Part shown: positions 31,197 through 40,704 of the stretch, in pieces
Position numbering within the stretch: the first letter of the stretch is position 1
How the letters are laid out: every line of letters starts with the position of its first letter
Assembly: GCA_963549225.1 (NCBI GenBank)
Contig: CAUUWX010000002.1
Span: forward strand, 115,319-179,318
Length of the DNA: 64,000 nt
Reading direction: 5' to 3'
From: an uncultured Candidatus Saccharibacteria bacterium
GTDB lineage: Bacteria > Patescibacteriota > Saccharimonadia > Saccharimonadales > Saccharimonadaceae
Notes under the pieces: generated by a model
The model's database searches: none
What the model was told of the DNA's origin: nothing
Seen by the model: only the letters and a program-made list of their open reading frames with translations
Made by a program: the position numbers and the translations under genes

Positions 31197-32819
31197 TTAA
31201 ATCACCCGATTCACTTCTTCCAGCGTCGTTTCACCGCGCAGCGCTGTCAATACCCCTGCCTGCAGCAGCGTCACCATGCCGTTCTTCTTCGCTTCCGCCT
31301 CGATAGCTTCGGTATGAATATCAACCACGTCGCCGCGTAAAAAGCTTTGGATGTTTTCTGTCACCACCAACTGCTCCATTACCGGAATACGCCCTTTATA
31401 GCCAAAAGGCACGTCGGGAGTTGGTACTGGTCTCCATAACTTGAATGTATCCAGATCCGGACAGTCAACATTCTCCGGCAAATCTGCCAAAACCTTCTTT
31501 ACCCACTTGCGCGTAGCTTCATCTGGCTCGTACTCTTCCTTACTCTCGTCCCAAAGTTTACGCACCAACCGCTGGGCAATTAATAATCGTACCGCCGAAC
31601 TAAAAATAGGGTTTTGTCCAATCATATCAATGATACGACTGAACGCTGCCGCAGTGGAATTAGCGTGGAAGCTGGAAAGCACTAAGTGCCCGGTAATCGA
31701 CGCCTGGATAGCTGTCCGCGCAGTCTCCTGATCGCGAATCTCACCAACCATCACTACATCCGGGTCAAGGCGCAAAACACTGCGCAAACCGTCAGCAAAC
31801 CGCTGCCCGGCAGTCGTATCAATCGGAATCTGCGTAATTCCCGGAATTGTATTTTCCACCGGATCTTCCAGCGTAATAATCTTCCGATCTGAAGTATTCA
31901 GCGCATTCAAAATACTATACAGTGTCGTTGATTTTCCCGAGCCAGTCGGACCAACCATCAATAGCATGCCGCGCGGATGCGAAATAATTTCATCAATTTG
32001 CTCGCGTTCTTCCTTGGAAATACTTAAAAGATCCAAATTTAGCATTGATGTATCAAAGTTAAACAAACGCAGCACCAAATCCATACCGTAAATCGTCGGC
32101 ACTGCCTCAACGCGCAAATTCAATAGATGAGATGCGCCGTCGCGGTGAATTACTTGCTGCATGTGGCCAGACTGGGGTTCAGTGGCTGCCGTGGAAATAT
32201 TAGCGTGAGACGCCAGCGTTGCCATAATCACCCGGTAGCGGTCGCGGCTTAGTTCTGCCACAGTGTGCAAAGCGCCATCAACGCGCATTCGCACCCGAAT
32301 TGATTCGCGCTGATTCTCAATATGAATATCAGACGCGCCTAGTTTATCAGCTTGGTCAATCAAATAATTGAAAACATCGTTCGTACCGACTGTCGCTAAA
32401 ATCTGCGTCACCTGAGCTAAAGTATCGCTGTCGCCTTCTTTAGCAATTTCGATATCATCGTAAATTATCTTTTTCGGCGGATCAAACCGCAGCATTATCG
32501 ACCGGAAGGCCGAGCCGGAAATTAAAGAGAAAAAAATCCGCCGGCCTTCGTCGGTATACTCCCTGGTCATCTGCGCCATTAAAGATTGCGGCGTTTGCGA
32601 TGTCACTGCAAATCGGTACGACTGATCTTCTTCATTGAATGATAGCGGCACCAGGCGGCCTTCATACATTTCATCAATCGTCAGAACATCCCGCAATAAC
32701 GGCATAGTATCCTCAAACTCGCGGCCATCCAAATAAGGCAAACCTAAAATCGACGCCCGATGGCGCGTTGCTTCCTCATCTTGGTCGCGGCGGCGTGCTT
32801 GGATCTTTTCCTCGTCCAT
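31197..32819 (-). CDS. GspE/PilB family type IV pilus/secretion ATPase
   Basis: ASDIHIE, RMRVDG, GPTGSGKSTT, TLEDPVE, LRLDPDVVMVGEIRD, TGHLVLSSFH. Start at ATG 32819. Confidence 0.92.
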   Translation of the reverse strand: MDEEKIQARRRDQDEEATRHRASILGLPYLDGREFEDTMPLLRDVLTIDEMYEGRLVPLSFNEEDQSYRFAVTSQTPQSLMAQMTREYTDEGRRIFFSLISGSAFRSIMLRFDPPKKIIYDDIEIAKEGDSDTLAQVTQILATVGTNDVFNYLIDQADKLGASDIHIENQRESIRVRMRVDGALHTVAELSRDRYRVIMATLASHANISTAATEPQSGHMQQVIHRDGASHLLNLRVEAVPTIYGMDLVLRLFNFDTSMLNLDLLSISKEEREQIDEIISHPRGMLLMVGPTGSGKSTTLYSILNALNTSDRKIITLEDPVENTIPGITQIPIDTTAGQRFADGLRSVLRLDPDVVMVGEIRDQETARTAIQASITGHLVLSSFHANSTAAAFSRIIDMIGQNPIFSSAVRLLIAQRLVRKLWDESKEEYEPDEATRKWVKKVLADLPENVDCPDLDTFKLWRPVPTPDVPFGYKGRIPVMEQLVVTENIQSFLRGDVVDIHTEAIEAEAKKNGMVTLLQAGVLTALRGETTLEEVNRVI

Positions 32820-32874
32820 GAGAAAAATTATAGCAAAAAGCTTACGTTTTGGCGAATGATATAATAAAAGAATA

Positions 32875-33429
32875 ATGAACCCGGAGATAACGCTACTACT
32901 GCACAATATTCGCTCTACGCATAATGTCGGAGCAATCTTCCGTACTGCCGAGGGGTTTGGCGTGAAAAAAATTATTCTTAGCGGCTATACGCCATATCCA
33001 GACTTGAGTCTGCACAGCGAAGCGCCGAACTGCGCATTTGTCAGCGGCGAAATATGCCGAAATGATCCGCGCTTACCGCACATCCGCCAGAAAATTACTC
33101 AGCAAATTCATAAAACCGCACTGGGGGCCGAAAGCTTGGTATCGCTTGCATTTTATGAAGATATCAATGACTGGCTGGACGATAACGAACAAAACGAGAG
33201 CTTGCCGATTGTTGCCCTGGAACAGTCAGACCGCAGCGTCATGCTGCCAGATTTTCGCCCGCCAGACAAATTAGCGCTGCTGCTGGGCGAGGAAGTCCAT
33301 GGCATTACTCCTGAACTCTTAGAAAAATGCCGGCATATCGTGGAAATCCCCATGTTTGGACAAAAAGAATCTTTCAATGTGTCGGTAGCAGCGGGAATTG
33401 CGCTGTATGGACTGACGATCAGAAAATAG
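32875..33429 (+). CDS. SpoU/TrmH family RNA methyltransferase
   Basis: HNVGAIFRTA, GEEVHGI, IPMFGQKESFNVSVA. Confidence 0.92.
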   Translation: MNPEITLLLHNIRSTHNVGAIFRTAEGFGVKKIILSGYTPYPDLSLHSEAPNCAFVSGEICRNDPRLPHIRQKITQQIHKTALGAESLVSLAFYEDINDWLDDNEQNESLPIVALEQSDRSVMLPDFRPPDKLALLLGEEVHGITPELLEKCRHIVEIPMFGQKESFNVSVAAGIALYGLTIRK

Positions 33430-33498
33430 CATTATTTTTTATAAAAAATAATAACGGAGGTAGCGATGTATATTATGACACATTTTTTGGAAAATGTG

Positions 33499-33527
33499 TT
33501 GACATTTCTGTTCCAGTATGATATATA
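33499..33527 (+). promoter_or_regulatory. Promoter TTGACA-17-TATATA with extended TG
   Basis: TTGACA at 33499-33504, TG at 33519-33520, TATATA at 33522-33527. Confidence 0.55.
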
Positions 33528-33606
33528 TCAGCTTTTGCCCAGGCTACGTCTAGGGCGAAAGTCGCCCTTTAGCTTGAGCGAGCTCTCTTCTAGAAAGGAG
33601 AGAAGT

Positions 33607-33798
33607 ATGTACTACATCGAGTACACTCACCCCTTGACGTTCGATGGACGCGCCTCGTACACTCGAGGGTGGGTCTTCTTCGAGACCAGCCAGTACTACC
33701 TTGGTATCTTCCATTGGACCATGTTCGACAGGGGCAACACCCCCACCGAACGGTTCTTCATGGCCCGAAAGGAGGATGGTATGCCCAGAAAGGGCTAA
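33607..33798 (+). CDS. Orphan 63-aa aromatic-rich small protein
   Basis: Strong SD GAAAGGAG (33593-33600). C/G-ending codon bias (TAC, ATC, TTC, GAG). MYYIEYTHPLTFDG...MPRKG. Confidence 0.6.
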   Translation: MYYIEYTHPLTFDGRASYTRGWVFFETSQYYLGIFHWTMFDRGNTPTERFFMARKEDGMPRKG

Positions 33799-33802
33799 GG
33801 GC

Positions 33803-33917
33803 GCCCACCGAAAATCGCTTGCCGAATTGGCTCAACCTGGTTGAGACGCGTACCGCGTTTCCTGGGTTGAGATACACCCAATTCCGGTTTGAGCCAGTTC
33901 GGTGGGCTATTTTCTTT
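33803..33917 (+). terminator. Large branched 3' RNA structure / terminator
   Basis: About 20-bp stem GCTTGCCGAATTGGCTCAA / TTGAGCCAGTTCGGTGGGC (with G-U pairs) enclosing two hairpins, followed by a T-rich tract. Confidence 0.7.
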
Positions 33918-33936
33918 GGAAATCAATATTCTCTAC

Positions 33937-36900
33937 TTACTGCACTTTGACGCATTCTTTACCCAGCAGCTGCTCTAGTTTCTTAATAAGCGCATCATCC
34001 GCTTCAACCTTGAAAGGCAGGCGCATGGCTGACTTTTTTTCTTCGCCCAGTACCAGCACTACATCAGTCATGCCGGCATAATCGCCGCAAACTGACTTCA
34101 TTTTTATCAGCGTATCGTGATTATTTGGATCTTTAACATGTACAAATAATTTTACTGCCGGCATTTCCGCGACAGCAACTGACACCGCAGGCTGTTTAGT
34201 AGCTGTCTGAACTGCCGCGCTCGCCTGCTTCGATCCGTCCGATCCGCCAGCAGAACTGCGGCGCTGATTTTTATAAGCTGCCCGCCGCTCTTTCTTTACT
34301 GCGGCGCTGATTTTTGGCGCATCCATTTTACGGCCGGTCGACTCGTAATTATCGACGTCGTCATCAGTAATCATAATAATATCGTCGGCAATCAGCTTGC
34401 TCTCGCCGCCTAAATTACCGTCGCGATCCCGCGCCGAATTCTTGCCGGATACCCGAATCACTGCATCTTGCTGCAGCTTGGCGCCAACTTTTTCATATAG
34501 ATTTGGAAAAACTATTACCTCGCCTTCGCCAAACTTATCCTCAATTCCCACGAAAGCCATCTTTGAGCCGCTTTTTGTGACAATTGTCCGCACCGAATTG
34601 ATAATTCCGCCGACGGTCATCGTTCGGCTATCGTATTCCGGAATTAACTGCGTTAACGGCTGGGCTTGCTCGCTTAGATACGTCTCATACTTATCAAGCG
34701 GATGGGCGCTAATATACAAGCCCAACAGTTCCCGCTCCCACGCCAGGCGCTCCTTGTCCGTATGTTGGACTGGCGCTTTTTGCAAGTTTAGCATTGACTG
34801 CACACCCGATCCTTCGCCGCCAAGCATACCAAACAAATCCGTCTGACCGCTGGCAGCTTCTTTTTGAAGCTTGGAAGCAAAAGCAGTAATCGCGTCAAGA
34901 TTGAATAGCAAGTCCGACCGATCGCCTATGTCATCAAAGGCGCCGGATTTAATCAGCGATTCCCAAGCCTTGCGGTTGAATTTACTGGTTGAGACACGTT
35001 TGGCAAAATCCTCCACTGAAGAAAACGCACCTTCTTCACGCGCGCGCAGCACTTCCTCCACCGCACCGACGCCAACACCCTTCACCGCCGACATACCGAA
35101 GCGAATTTTATGCTCGTTCGGCACCACTGCAAACTCGATGAACGACTCATTAACGTCCGGGCTTAATACGTCAATTCCCATATGTTTGCACTCAGTCATT
35201 TCAATTGCCAAACGATCCGTGTCGTCGTGATCGCTAGTCATCAAAGCCGCCATGAAAGCGTCCGGATAATGCGCTTTCAGATAGGCCGTCCAATAGGCAA
35301 TCAAGCCGTAACAAGCGGCGTGCGACTTGTTAAAGCAGTAATTAGCAAATTCCTCCAGCTGCGTCCAAAAGGTCTCCGCCATTTCGCGCGTGGCGCCGCC
35401 GACTTTGACCGCGCCCTCGACAAACTCCGGCTTAACCTTTTTCATCAAGTCGATTTTTTTCTTACCGACGGCTTTACGCAGCGTATCAGCTTGACCGCCA
35501 GTAAAGCCGCACCATTCCTTAGAAATTTGCATAAATTGCTCTTGGTAAACCAAAATTCCGTAAGTGTTTTCTAGCGAGTTGCGCATACCCTCGTGCAAGT
35601 AGGTAATCGGCTCTTCACCATGCTTGCGGCGGATAAAGCTATCGATAAACTGCATCGGCCCCGGGCGGTACAAAGCCACCATAGCGATGATGTCTTCGAA
35701 ATGCGTTGGTTTGAGAGCCCGCAGGTAGCGTTTCATACCCGCCGATTCTAGCTGAAACACGCCGGTGGTGTCGCCGCGCTGGAATAGCTCGTATGTTGGC
35801 TTGTCGTCAAGCGGCAAGTGCGCCAGGTCTATTTCTTCTTTATAAACTTTTTTGATAATACGCATGGCATTATTGATAATCGTCAAGTTGCTGAGTCCTA
35901 AAAAGTCCATCTTCAGCAAGCCCAGCTCCTCAACTTCGCCCATCGGGAATTGCGTCGCCACCACGCCTTTTTGCGCCATTTCTAGCGGAATATAATTGAC
36001 CAGCGTGTCCGGCGCAATCACCACGCCGCAGGCATGAACGCCGTGGCTGCGAATCGTACCTTCGAGCTGGATGGCGTAATCTAGAACCTCTTTAGCGGTA
36101 GGGTTATTCTCATACTCCTTACGCAAATCGGCGTCTTCTTTGACGCTAACCGACAGCGGGATATGCCGGCCCTGGTTTGGCGGCGGTACCAACTTAGCCA
36201 AGCGGTCGCTCTCAGCATACGGCACTTCCAGCACCCTGGCGACATCGCGCACCGCCATGCGGCCAAACATCTTACCAAAGGTAGCGATATTGCTGACGTG
36301 GTCTTCGCCGTATTTTTTAGCGCAATATTCAATCACTTCGTCGCGGCGAGTATCTTGGATATCAACGTCGATATCCGGCATGGAAATACGATCTGGATTA
36401 AGAAAACGCTCAAACAGCAGACCATACTTCAGCGGATCAAGGTCGGTAATATTCAGTGCGTAGGCGATAATCGATCCGGCGGCGCTACCCCGGCCCGGGC
36501 CAAAAACAATCCCTTGAGATTTACCCCAGTTGATAAAATCCTGAACAATCAAGAAATAACCCTCATAACCCATGTTACCCATCACGCCCAGCTCCATCTC
36601 GGCGCGCTGGCGAACTTCGTCGGATAATTGCGGGATGATATCTTCAGGATCTAGCTTCTCAGCTTCCTCTTTCGAAGCGCCATTATAACGCTGCAGCAAA
36701 CCCTGATAAGTCAATCTCAGCAGATACGAATGCTCGTTCTCACCTTCAGGCAGCGGATATTTAGGAATAAGAATGCGGCCCAGCTCAATTTCAACATTAC
36801 AGCGGTCAGCCACTTTTTTAGTGTTACGAATTACCTCGGGATACTCCTCTCCCCAGTGAGCGATGATATCGCGCGGGTCGGTCAAGTGTAGTTCAAAGTC

Positions 36901-37680
36901 TTTCAGACTCATCCGCTTTTCATCGCTCAAGTACGAACCAGTACCGACACACAGCAAAATTTCGTGCGCGTCTTGGTGATCATGCGTCAAATAGTGGCCA
37001 TCGCAAGTCACCACCATCTCGATGTCCAGTTCCTTCGATAATTTAATCAAGCCCTCGTTGATTTTCGCCTGGACGTCCCAGTGCGTATTTGATTTCGGGT
37101 GGCCGTGGTCTTGTAATTCCAGATAGTAGCGGTCGCTCAGAATCGATTTATACCATTTGGCGATATCGCGGGCGCGATCGTAATCGTCTTCTTTGAGAGC
37201 TACGCCAATTTCACCGCTAGCACAACCGCTCATCACAATCAGACCTTCGTTCAACTCCTCCAGCAAGTCGTGGTCAATACGCGGTTTGTAATACATACCC
37301 TCCAGATTAGCCTGTGTCGATAGCTTCATCAGATTATGAAAGCCGGTGTTGTTCATCGCTAGCACCGTCAAGTGAAAGCGCTGCTTATCCTTGGCCGGAT
37401 CGCGGTCAAAGCGCGAGCGCGCCGCTACGTACGTCTCGATACCGAGAATCGGCTTGATGCCAGCTTTTTTGGCAGTTTTATAATAGTCAAGGATACCGCT
37501 CATCGTGCCATGGTCGGTTACTGCCGCCGCTTCCATACCAAACTCCTTGACTTTATCAACCAAATCATTGATTTTAGTCAAGCCATCCAGCACCGAATGA
37601 AAGGTGTGATTATGCAGGTGCACGAAATCTGACGGCTTCAAAGCTATCGACTTTTTGTCGCTATCATTCCCCTTACTCAT
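33937..37680 (-). CDS. dnaE: DNA polymerase III alpha subunit
   Basis: PHP domain (HLHNHT, TDHG), GRGSAAGS, MPDIDVD, KMDFLGL, FNKSHA, OB fold. No intein evident. Confidence 0.97.
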   Translation of the reverse strand: MSKGNDSDKKSIALKPSDFVHLHNHTFHSVLDGLTKINDLVDKVKEFGMEAAAVTDHGTMSGILDYYKTAKKAGIKPILGIETYVAARSRFDRDPAKDKQRFHLTVLAMNNTGFHNLMKLSTQANLEGMYYKPRIDHDLLEELNEGLIVMSGCASGEIGVALKEDDYDRARDIAKWYKSILSDRYYLELQDHGHPKSNTHWDVQAKINEGLIKLSKELDIEMVVTCDGHYLTHDHQDAHEILLCVGTGSYLSDEKRMSLKDFELHLTDPRDIIAHWGEEYPEVIRNTKKVADRCNVEIELGRILIPKYPLPEGENEHSYLLRLTYQGLLQRYNGASKEEAEKLDPEDIIPQLSDEVRQRAEMELGVMGNMGYEGYFLIVQDFINWGKSQGIVFGPGRGSAAGSIIAYALNITDLDPLKYGLLFERFLNPDRISMPDIDVDIQDTRRDEVIEYCAKKYGEDHVSNIATFGKMFGRMAVRDVARVLEVPYAESDRLAKLVPPPNQGRHIPLSVSVKEDADLRKEYENNPTAKEVLDYAIQLEGTIRSHGVHACGVVIAPDTLVNYIPLEMAQKGVVATQFPMGEVEELGLLKMDFLGLSNLTIINNAMRIIKKVYKEEIDLAHLPLDDKPTYELFQRGDTTGVFQLESAGMKRYLRALKPTHFEDIIAMVALYRPGPMQFIDSFIRRKHGEEPITYLHEGMRNSLENTYGILVYQEQFMQISKEWCGFTGGQADTLRKAVGKKKIDLMKKVKPEFVEGAVKVGGATREMAETFWTQLEEFANYCFNKSHAACYGLIAYWTAYLKAHYPDAFMAALMTSDHDDTDRLAIEMTECKHMGIDVLSPDVNESFIEFAVVPNEHKIRFGMSAVKGVGVGAVEEVLRAREEGAFSSVEDFAKRVSTSKFNRKAWESLIKSGAFDDIGDRSDLLFNLDAITAFASKLQKEAASGQTDLFGMLGGEGSGVQSMLNLQKAPVQHTDKERLAWERELLGLYISAHPLDKYETYLSEQAQPLTQLIPEYDSRTMTVGGIINSVRTIVTKSGSKMAFVGIEDKFGEGEVIVFPNLYEKVGAKLQQDAVIRVSGKNSARDRDGNLGGESKLIADDIIMITDDDVDNYESTGRKMDAPKISAAVKKERRAAYKNQRRSSAGGSDGSKQASAAVQTATKQPAVSVAVAEMPAVKLFVHVKDPNNHDTLIKMKSVCGDYAGMTDVVLVLGEEKKSAMRLPFKVEADDALIKKLEQLLGKECVKVQ

Positions 37681-37698
37681 TTATTTAATTATAGCATG

Positions 37699-37998
37699 CT
37701 AGCGGCGGCTCTGCATGGTCTCAATTAGCCGATTGATGAAATCTGCCAGCGCCGGAAAAATGTCGGCAAATTGTCCAAGCAACCAAACCATTAGCGTTAT
37801 CAATAATGTAGCGCCCAATACGCTGCCAGCGCCAAAGAAAATACCGCGCCAAAAATTAATCCAATAAACTTGCCGGCGCGAACGATGAAAATCAAAAAAT
37901 AAATCCTCCAGAATTGCCTGGCGAGCGCCGTTTTCATTATCACGAATAACTTTCTGCGCCAATTTATTTGGCTGTTTTTTGGTTGGTTTTTCTGCCAT
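37699..37998 (-). CDS. Small membrane protein (DUF5665-like)
   Basis: YWINFWRGIFFGAGSVLGAT motif followed by a TM segment. Confidence 0.7.
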   Translation of the reverse strand: MAEKPTKKQPNKLAQKVIRDNENGARQAILEDLFFDFHRSRRQVYWINFWRGIFFGAGSVLGATLLITLMVWLLGQFADIFPALADFINRLIETMQSRR

Positions 37999-38251
37999 TT
38001 CCCGCCTTCTTTTTAGTAAAATACTTCGCTAAAAATCCATGCTTTGAAGTCAATTTTTTCGCTAGCTCTGCACCAATTGAAACAACACTGACAATTCCAC
38101 CAAATCCAGAAATTCGCTGAGTTATCATCTCTACTTTTTGCTGAGTTTGATGAATCTGCCGCGTCAGCTTGATAATGGAAATTGTCATGACGATCAGCAT
38201 TACGACAAATACTGCCATCAACGCTACTAAAACTATTAACAAACCATTCAT
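37964..38251 (-). CDS. Hypothetical membrane protein
   Basis: N-terminal TM + short coiled segment. TATAGT 7 nt upstream of ATG. Confidence 0.65.
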   Translation of the reverse strand: MNGLLIVLVALMAVFVVMLIVMTISIIKLTRQIHQTQQKVEMITQRISGFGGIVSVVSIGAELAKKLTSKHGFLAKYFTKKKAGNGRKTNQKTAK

Positions 38252-38266
38252 GCTTTTTACTATACA

Positions 38267-39160
38267 CTATTTCAAGCGGTTTGTCAGATGAGCGCGCAAA
38301 TCCTCGCCAAAATTCGGGTCGCGGAGACCAAAGTCAATCACCGTCTTCAAATATTCCAATTTATCGCCGGTATCATAATATGTGCCGTTGGTAATTTCCA
38401 CTCCGTAAAAGTCAAACCCGTCGTCGATCATCTCTTGCATAATTGGCTGGATGGTGAATTCGCCATGGCTATCAAACTTTTCCTTAGCTTTCTCCAAGTA
38501 GCCAAAAATCTCGCCTGGTAGCAGATAACTGCTGACACTCGCCAGATCGGACGGTGCATTGGTTTTACCAGGTTTTTCGACGATATTGGTCATTTTAATG
38601 ACGCCGTCTTTAATTTGCTGGCCGTTGATAACGCCGTAACGATCAAATTCCGAATCGTCGGTAATTTTCTTACAGGACAAGATTGCCCCGTCGAGCTGCT
38701 GCGACGCCTCAATCATTTGCCGGAAACGGCTTGGGCTAGCGGCAATAAAATCGTCCGCAAAGGTATAAATCACCGGTTCATCATGGCGAATTAAATGCGA
38801 AGCGCAAGCTAGCGGCGTGGCATTACCGTAGGGTCCTTTCTGACGAATATAGACGAAGTTAGCCATCTCGGACAGACGCTGAACGATGTCAATTAGCGGC
38901 TGCTTTTTGGCACCGCCAGCGCGCAAGTTAGCTAGCAATTCTTGGTTTGGCACGTCAAAATGGTCTTCGATCGCCCGCTTGTTGGCACTACCGATGATAA
39001 TAATATCCTTGATACCAGCCTCCACCAATTCCTCGACGACATATTGAATAATCGGCTTGTCAATTAGCGGCAACATTTCTTTGGGCATAGCTTTGGTCTG
39101 CGGCAAAAACCGGGTGCCGAAACCAGCGGCAGCAATGATAGCTTTGGTTGGTTTTTTCAT
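38267..39160 (-). CDS. galU: UTP--glucose-1-phosphate uridylyltransferase
   Basis: KAIIAAAGFGTRFLPQTKAMPKEMLP, VEKP, YYDTG. Confidence 0.9.
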   Translation of the reverse strand: MKKPTKAIIAAAGFGTRFLPQTKAMPKEMLPLIDKPIIQYVVEELVEAGIKDIIIIGSANKRAIEDHFDVPNQELLANLRAGGAKKQPLIDIVQRLSEMANFVYIRQKGPYGNATPLACASHLIRHDEPVIYTFADDFIAASPSRFRQMIEASQQLDGAILSCKKITDDSEFDRYGVINGQQIKDGVIKMTNIVEKPGKTNAPSDLASVSSYLLPGEIFGYLEKAKEKFDSHGEFTIQPIMQEMIDDGFDFYGVEITNGTYYDTGDKLEYLKTVIDFGLRDPNFGEDLRAHLTNRLK

Positions 39161-39201
39161 GACTTAACTCCTATTCTCTCCTATTTTTGAAGTGTCGAAC
39201 C

Positions 39202-40704
39202 TTATAATTTTTCGCGGATTAATTTCTGCGCCAGACTCGGGTTGGCTTGGCCTTTGGAACGCTTCATTACTTGACCAACCAAGTAGCCAATGGCTTTGTC
39301 TTTACCAGCTTTAATGTCGGCAATGGAAGCTGCCGAGGCCGGGTCGTTCAATACTTCGTCAACGATGGCAGCGATGGCTGATTCGTCGGATAACTGCAAC
39401 AAGTTCTTTTCCTTGGCGATATCCTCTGACATAACGCCAGCGTACTTTTCATTGAATAAATCGAGAAAGATTTCTTTGGCACTGTTCGAGCTAATCGTCC
39501 CTTTTTCAGCCAGCAGCGCCAAGTGCGTCAAGCGGCGCGGACCGACTAGTCCAGACTCGACTTTTTGATAGTCTAATTGTTCGTCTGGCGTGGAGGCAAA
39601 TAAGTTAAAGATCCGTTTAGATAGCTGGTCGTAAGTCTGGCGATCAATATTCAAATCCTCCAGCACTGATTGCTCGTTGCTATCAGTCAGAGAGTAAATG
39701 GCGTCCAGAGTTTTGGCAGCTTCCTGATGAGCTAGCACTGCATCAATTACCGAATGGTCCAGCTTCAAATCTACCCAGCGTTCTCGGTACTCGTTCGGCA
39801 ACATCGGCACATCAGCCTGAATCTGCGCAATCTCCTCATCGTGCAGCACCACTGGCGGAATGTCCGGATCGGGCATGTAGCGATAATCCTGGGCGTCCTC
39901 TTTCGAACGCTGCGAAGTGGTAATTTGCTTGTCGTCGCTCCAACCGCGGGTTTCCTGAACTACCTGTTCGCCGCGCCCCAGCAAGTCAACTTGGCGCTTA
40001 AACTCGTATTCGGCGGCACGCTCGACGCTGCGGAACGAATTAAGATTCTTAACTTCCGCGCGCTTGCCGAGCTCTGTCGCACCTTTCTTAGCCACCGAAA
40101 TATTGACATCAAACCGCATGTTGCCGTGATACAAATCACCGTGCGTCACGCCAGCGTAGACCATCAACTTATGAAGTTCCGAAGCGTACGCCTTAGCCTC
40201 CTCGGCAGAATGTATGTCCGGTTCAGAGACGATTTCAATCAACGGCGTGCCAGCGCGGTTGAGGTCAACCAGCGAATAGCCGTCGTGGTGCGTCAACTTG
40301 CCAGCATCCTCTTCCATGTGCGCATGATGAATCCGCACCCGCTTGAGCGAACCATCTTCTAGCGGCGCGTCAACATAGCCAGCCAAAATAATCGGCTGAT
40401 ACATCTGCGAGGTCTGATAGCCCTTTGGTAAGTCAGGGTAGAAATAATGCTTGCGATCAAACCGACTAACGCGAGCAATCGGCGCATTCAAGGCCTTACC
40501 GGCACGCACTGCCAGCTCGACAGCGTGCTTATTCAGCACCGGCAGCATGCCTGGTAATCCAAAATCAATTTCATGTGTTTTACTATTTGGCTCAGCATCA
40601 CGAGCGTCATTATCAGCCGGGCTAAACAGCTTAGTTTTGGTCGCCAGCTGGACGTGGCACTCAATGCCAATGGTCATTTCATATTCATCATATACACTCA
40701 TCAT
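39202..40704 (-). CDS. gatB: Asp/Glu-tRNA amidotransferase subunit B
   Basis: IGIECHVQL, RKHYFYPDLPKGYQ, HMEEDAGK, EVKNLNS, YRYMPDPD, LVGQVMK. Confidence 0.96.
   Translation of the reverse strand: MMSVYDEYEMTIGIECHVQLATKTKLFSPADNDARDAEPNSKTHEIDFGLPGMLPVLNKHAVELAVRAGKALNAPIARVSRFDRKHYFYPDLPKGYQTSQMYQPIILAGYVDAPLEDGSLKRVRIHHAHMEEDAGKLTHHDGYSLVDLNRAGTPLIEIVSEPDIHSAEEAKAYASELHKLMVYAGVTHGDLYHGNMRFDVNISVAKKGATELGKRAEVKNLNSFRSVERAAEYEFKRQVDLLGRGEQVVQETRGWSDDKQITTSQRSKEDAQDYRYMPDPDIPPVVLHDEEIAQIQADVPMLPNEYRERWVDLKLDHSVIDAVLAHQEAAKTLDAIYSLTDSNEQSVLEDLNIDRQTYDQLSKRIFNLFASTPDEQLDYQKVESGLVGPRRLTHLALLAEKGTISSNSAKEIFLDLFNEKYAGVMSEDIAKEKNLLQLSDESAIAAIVDEVLNDPASAASIADIKAGKDKAIGYLVGQVMKRSKGQANPSLAQKLIREKL

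Noticed and set aside
33937..37680. Intein or intron in dnaE
   Set aside because: Continuous DnaE motifs, with no C...HN splice motifs or LAGLIDADG block. The extra length is a low-complexity C-terminal linker.
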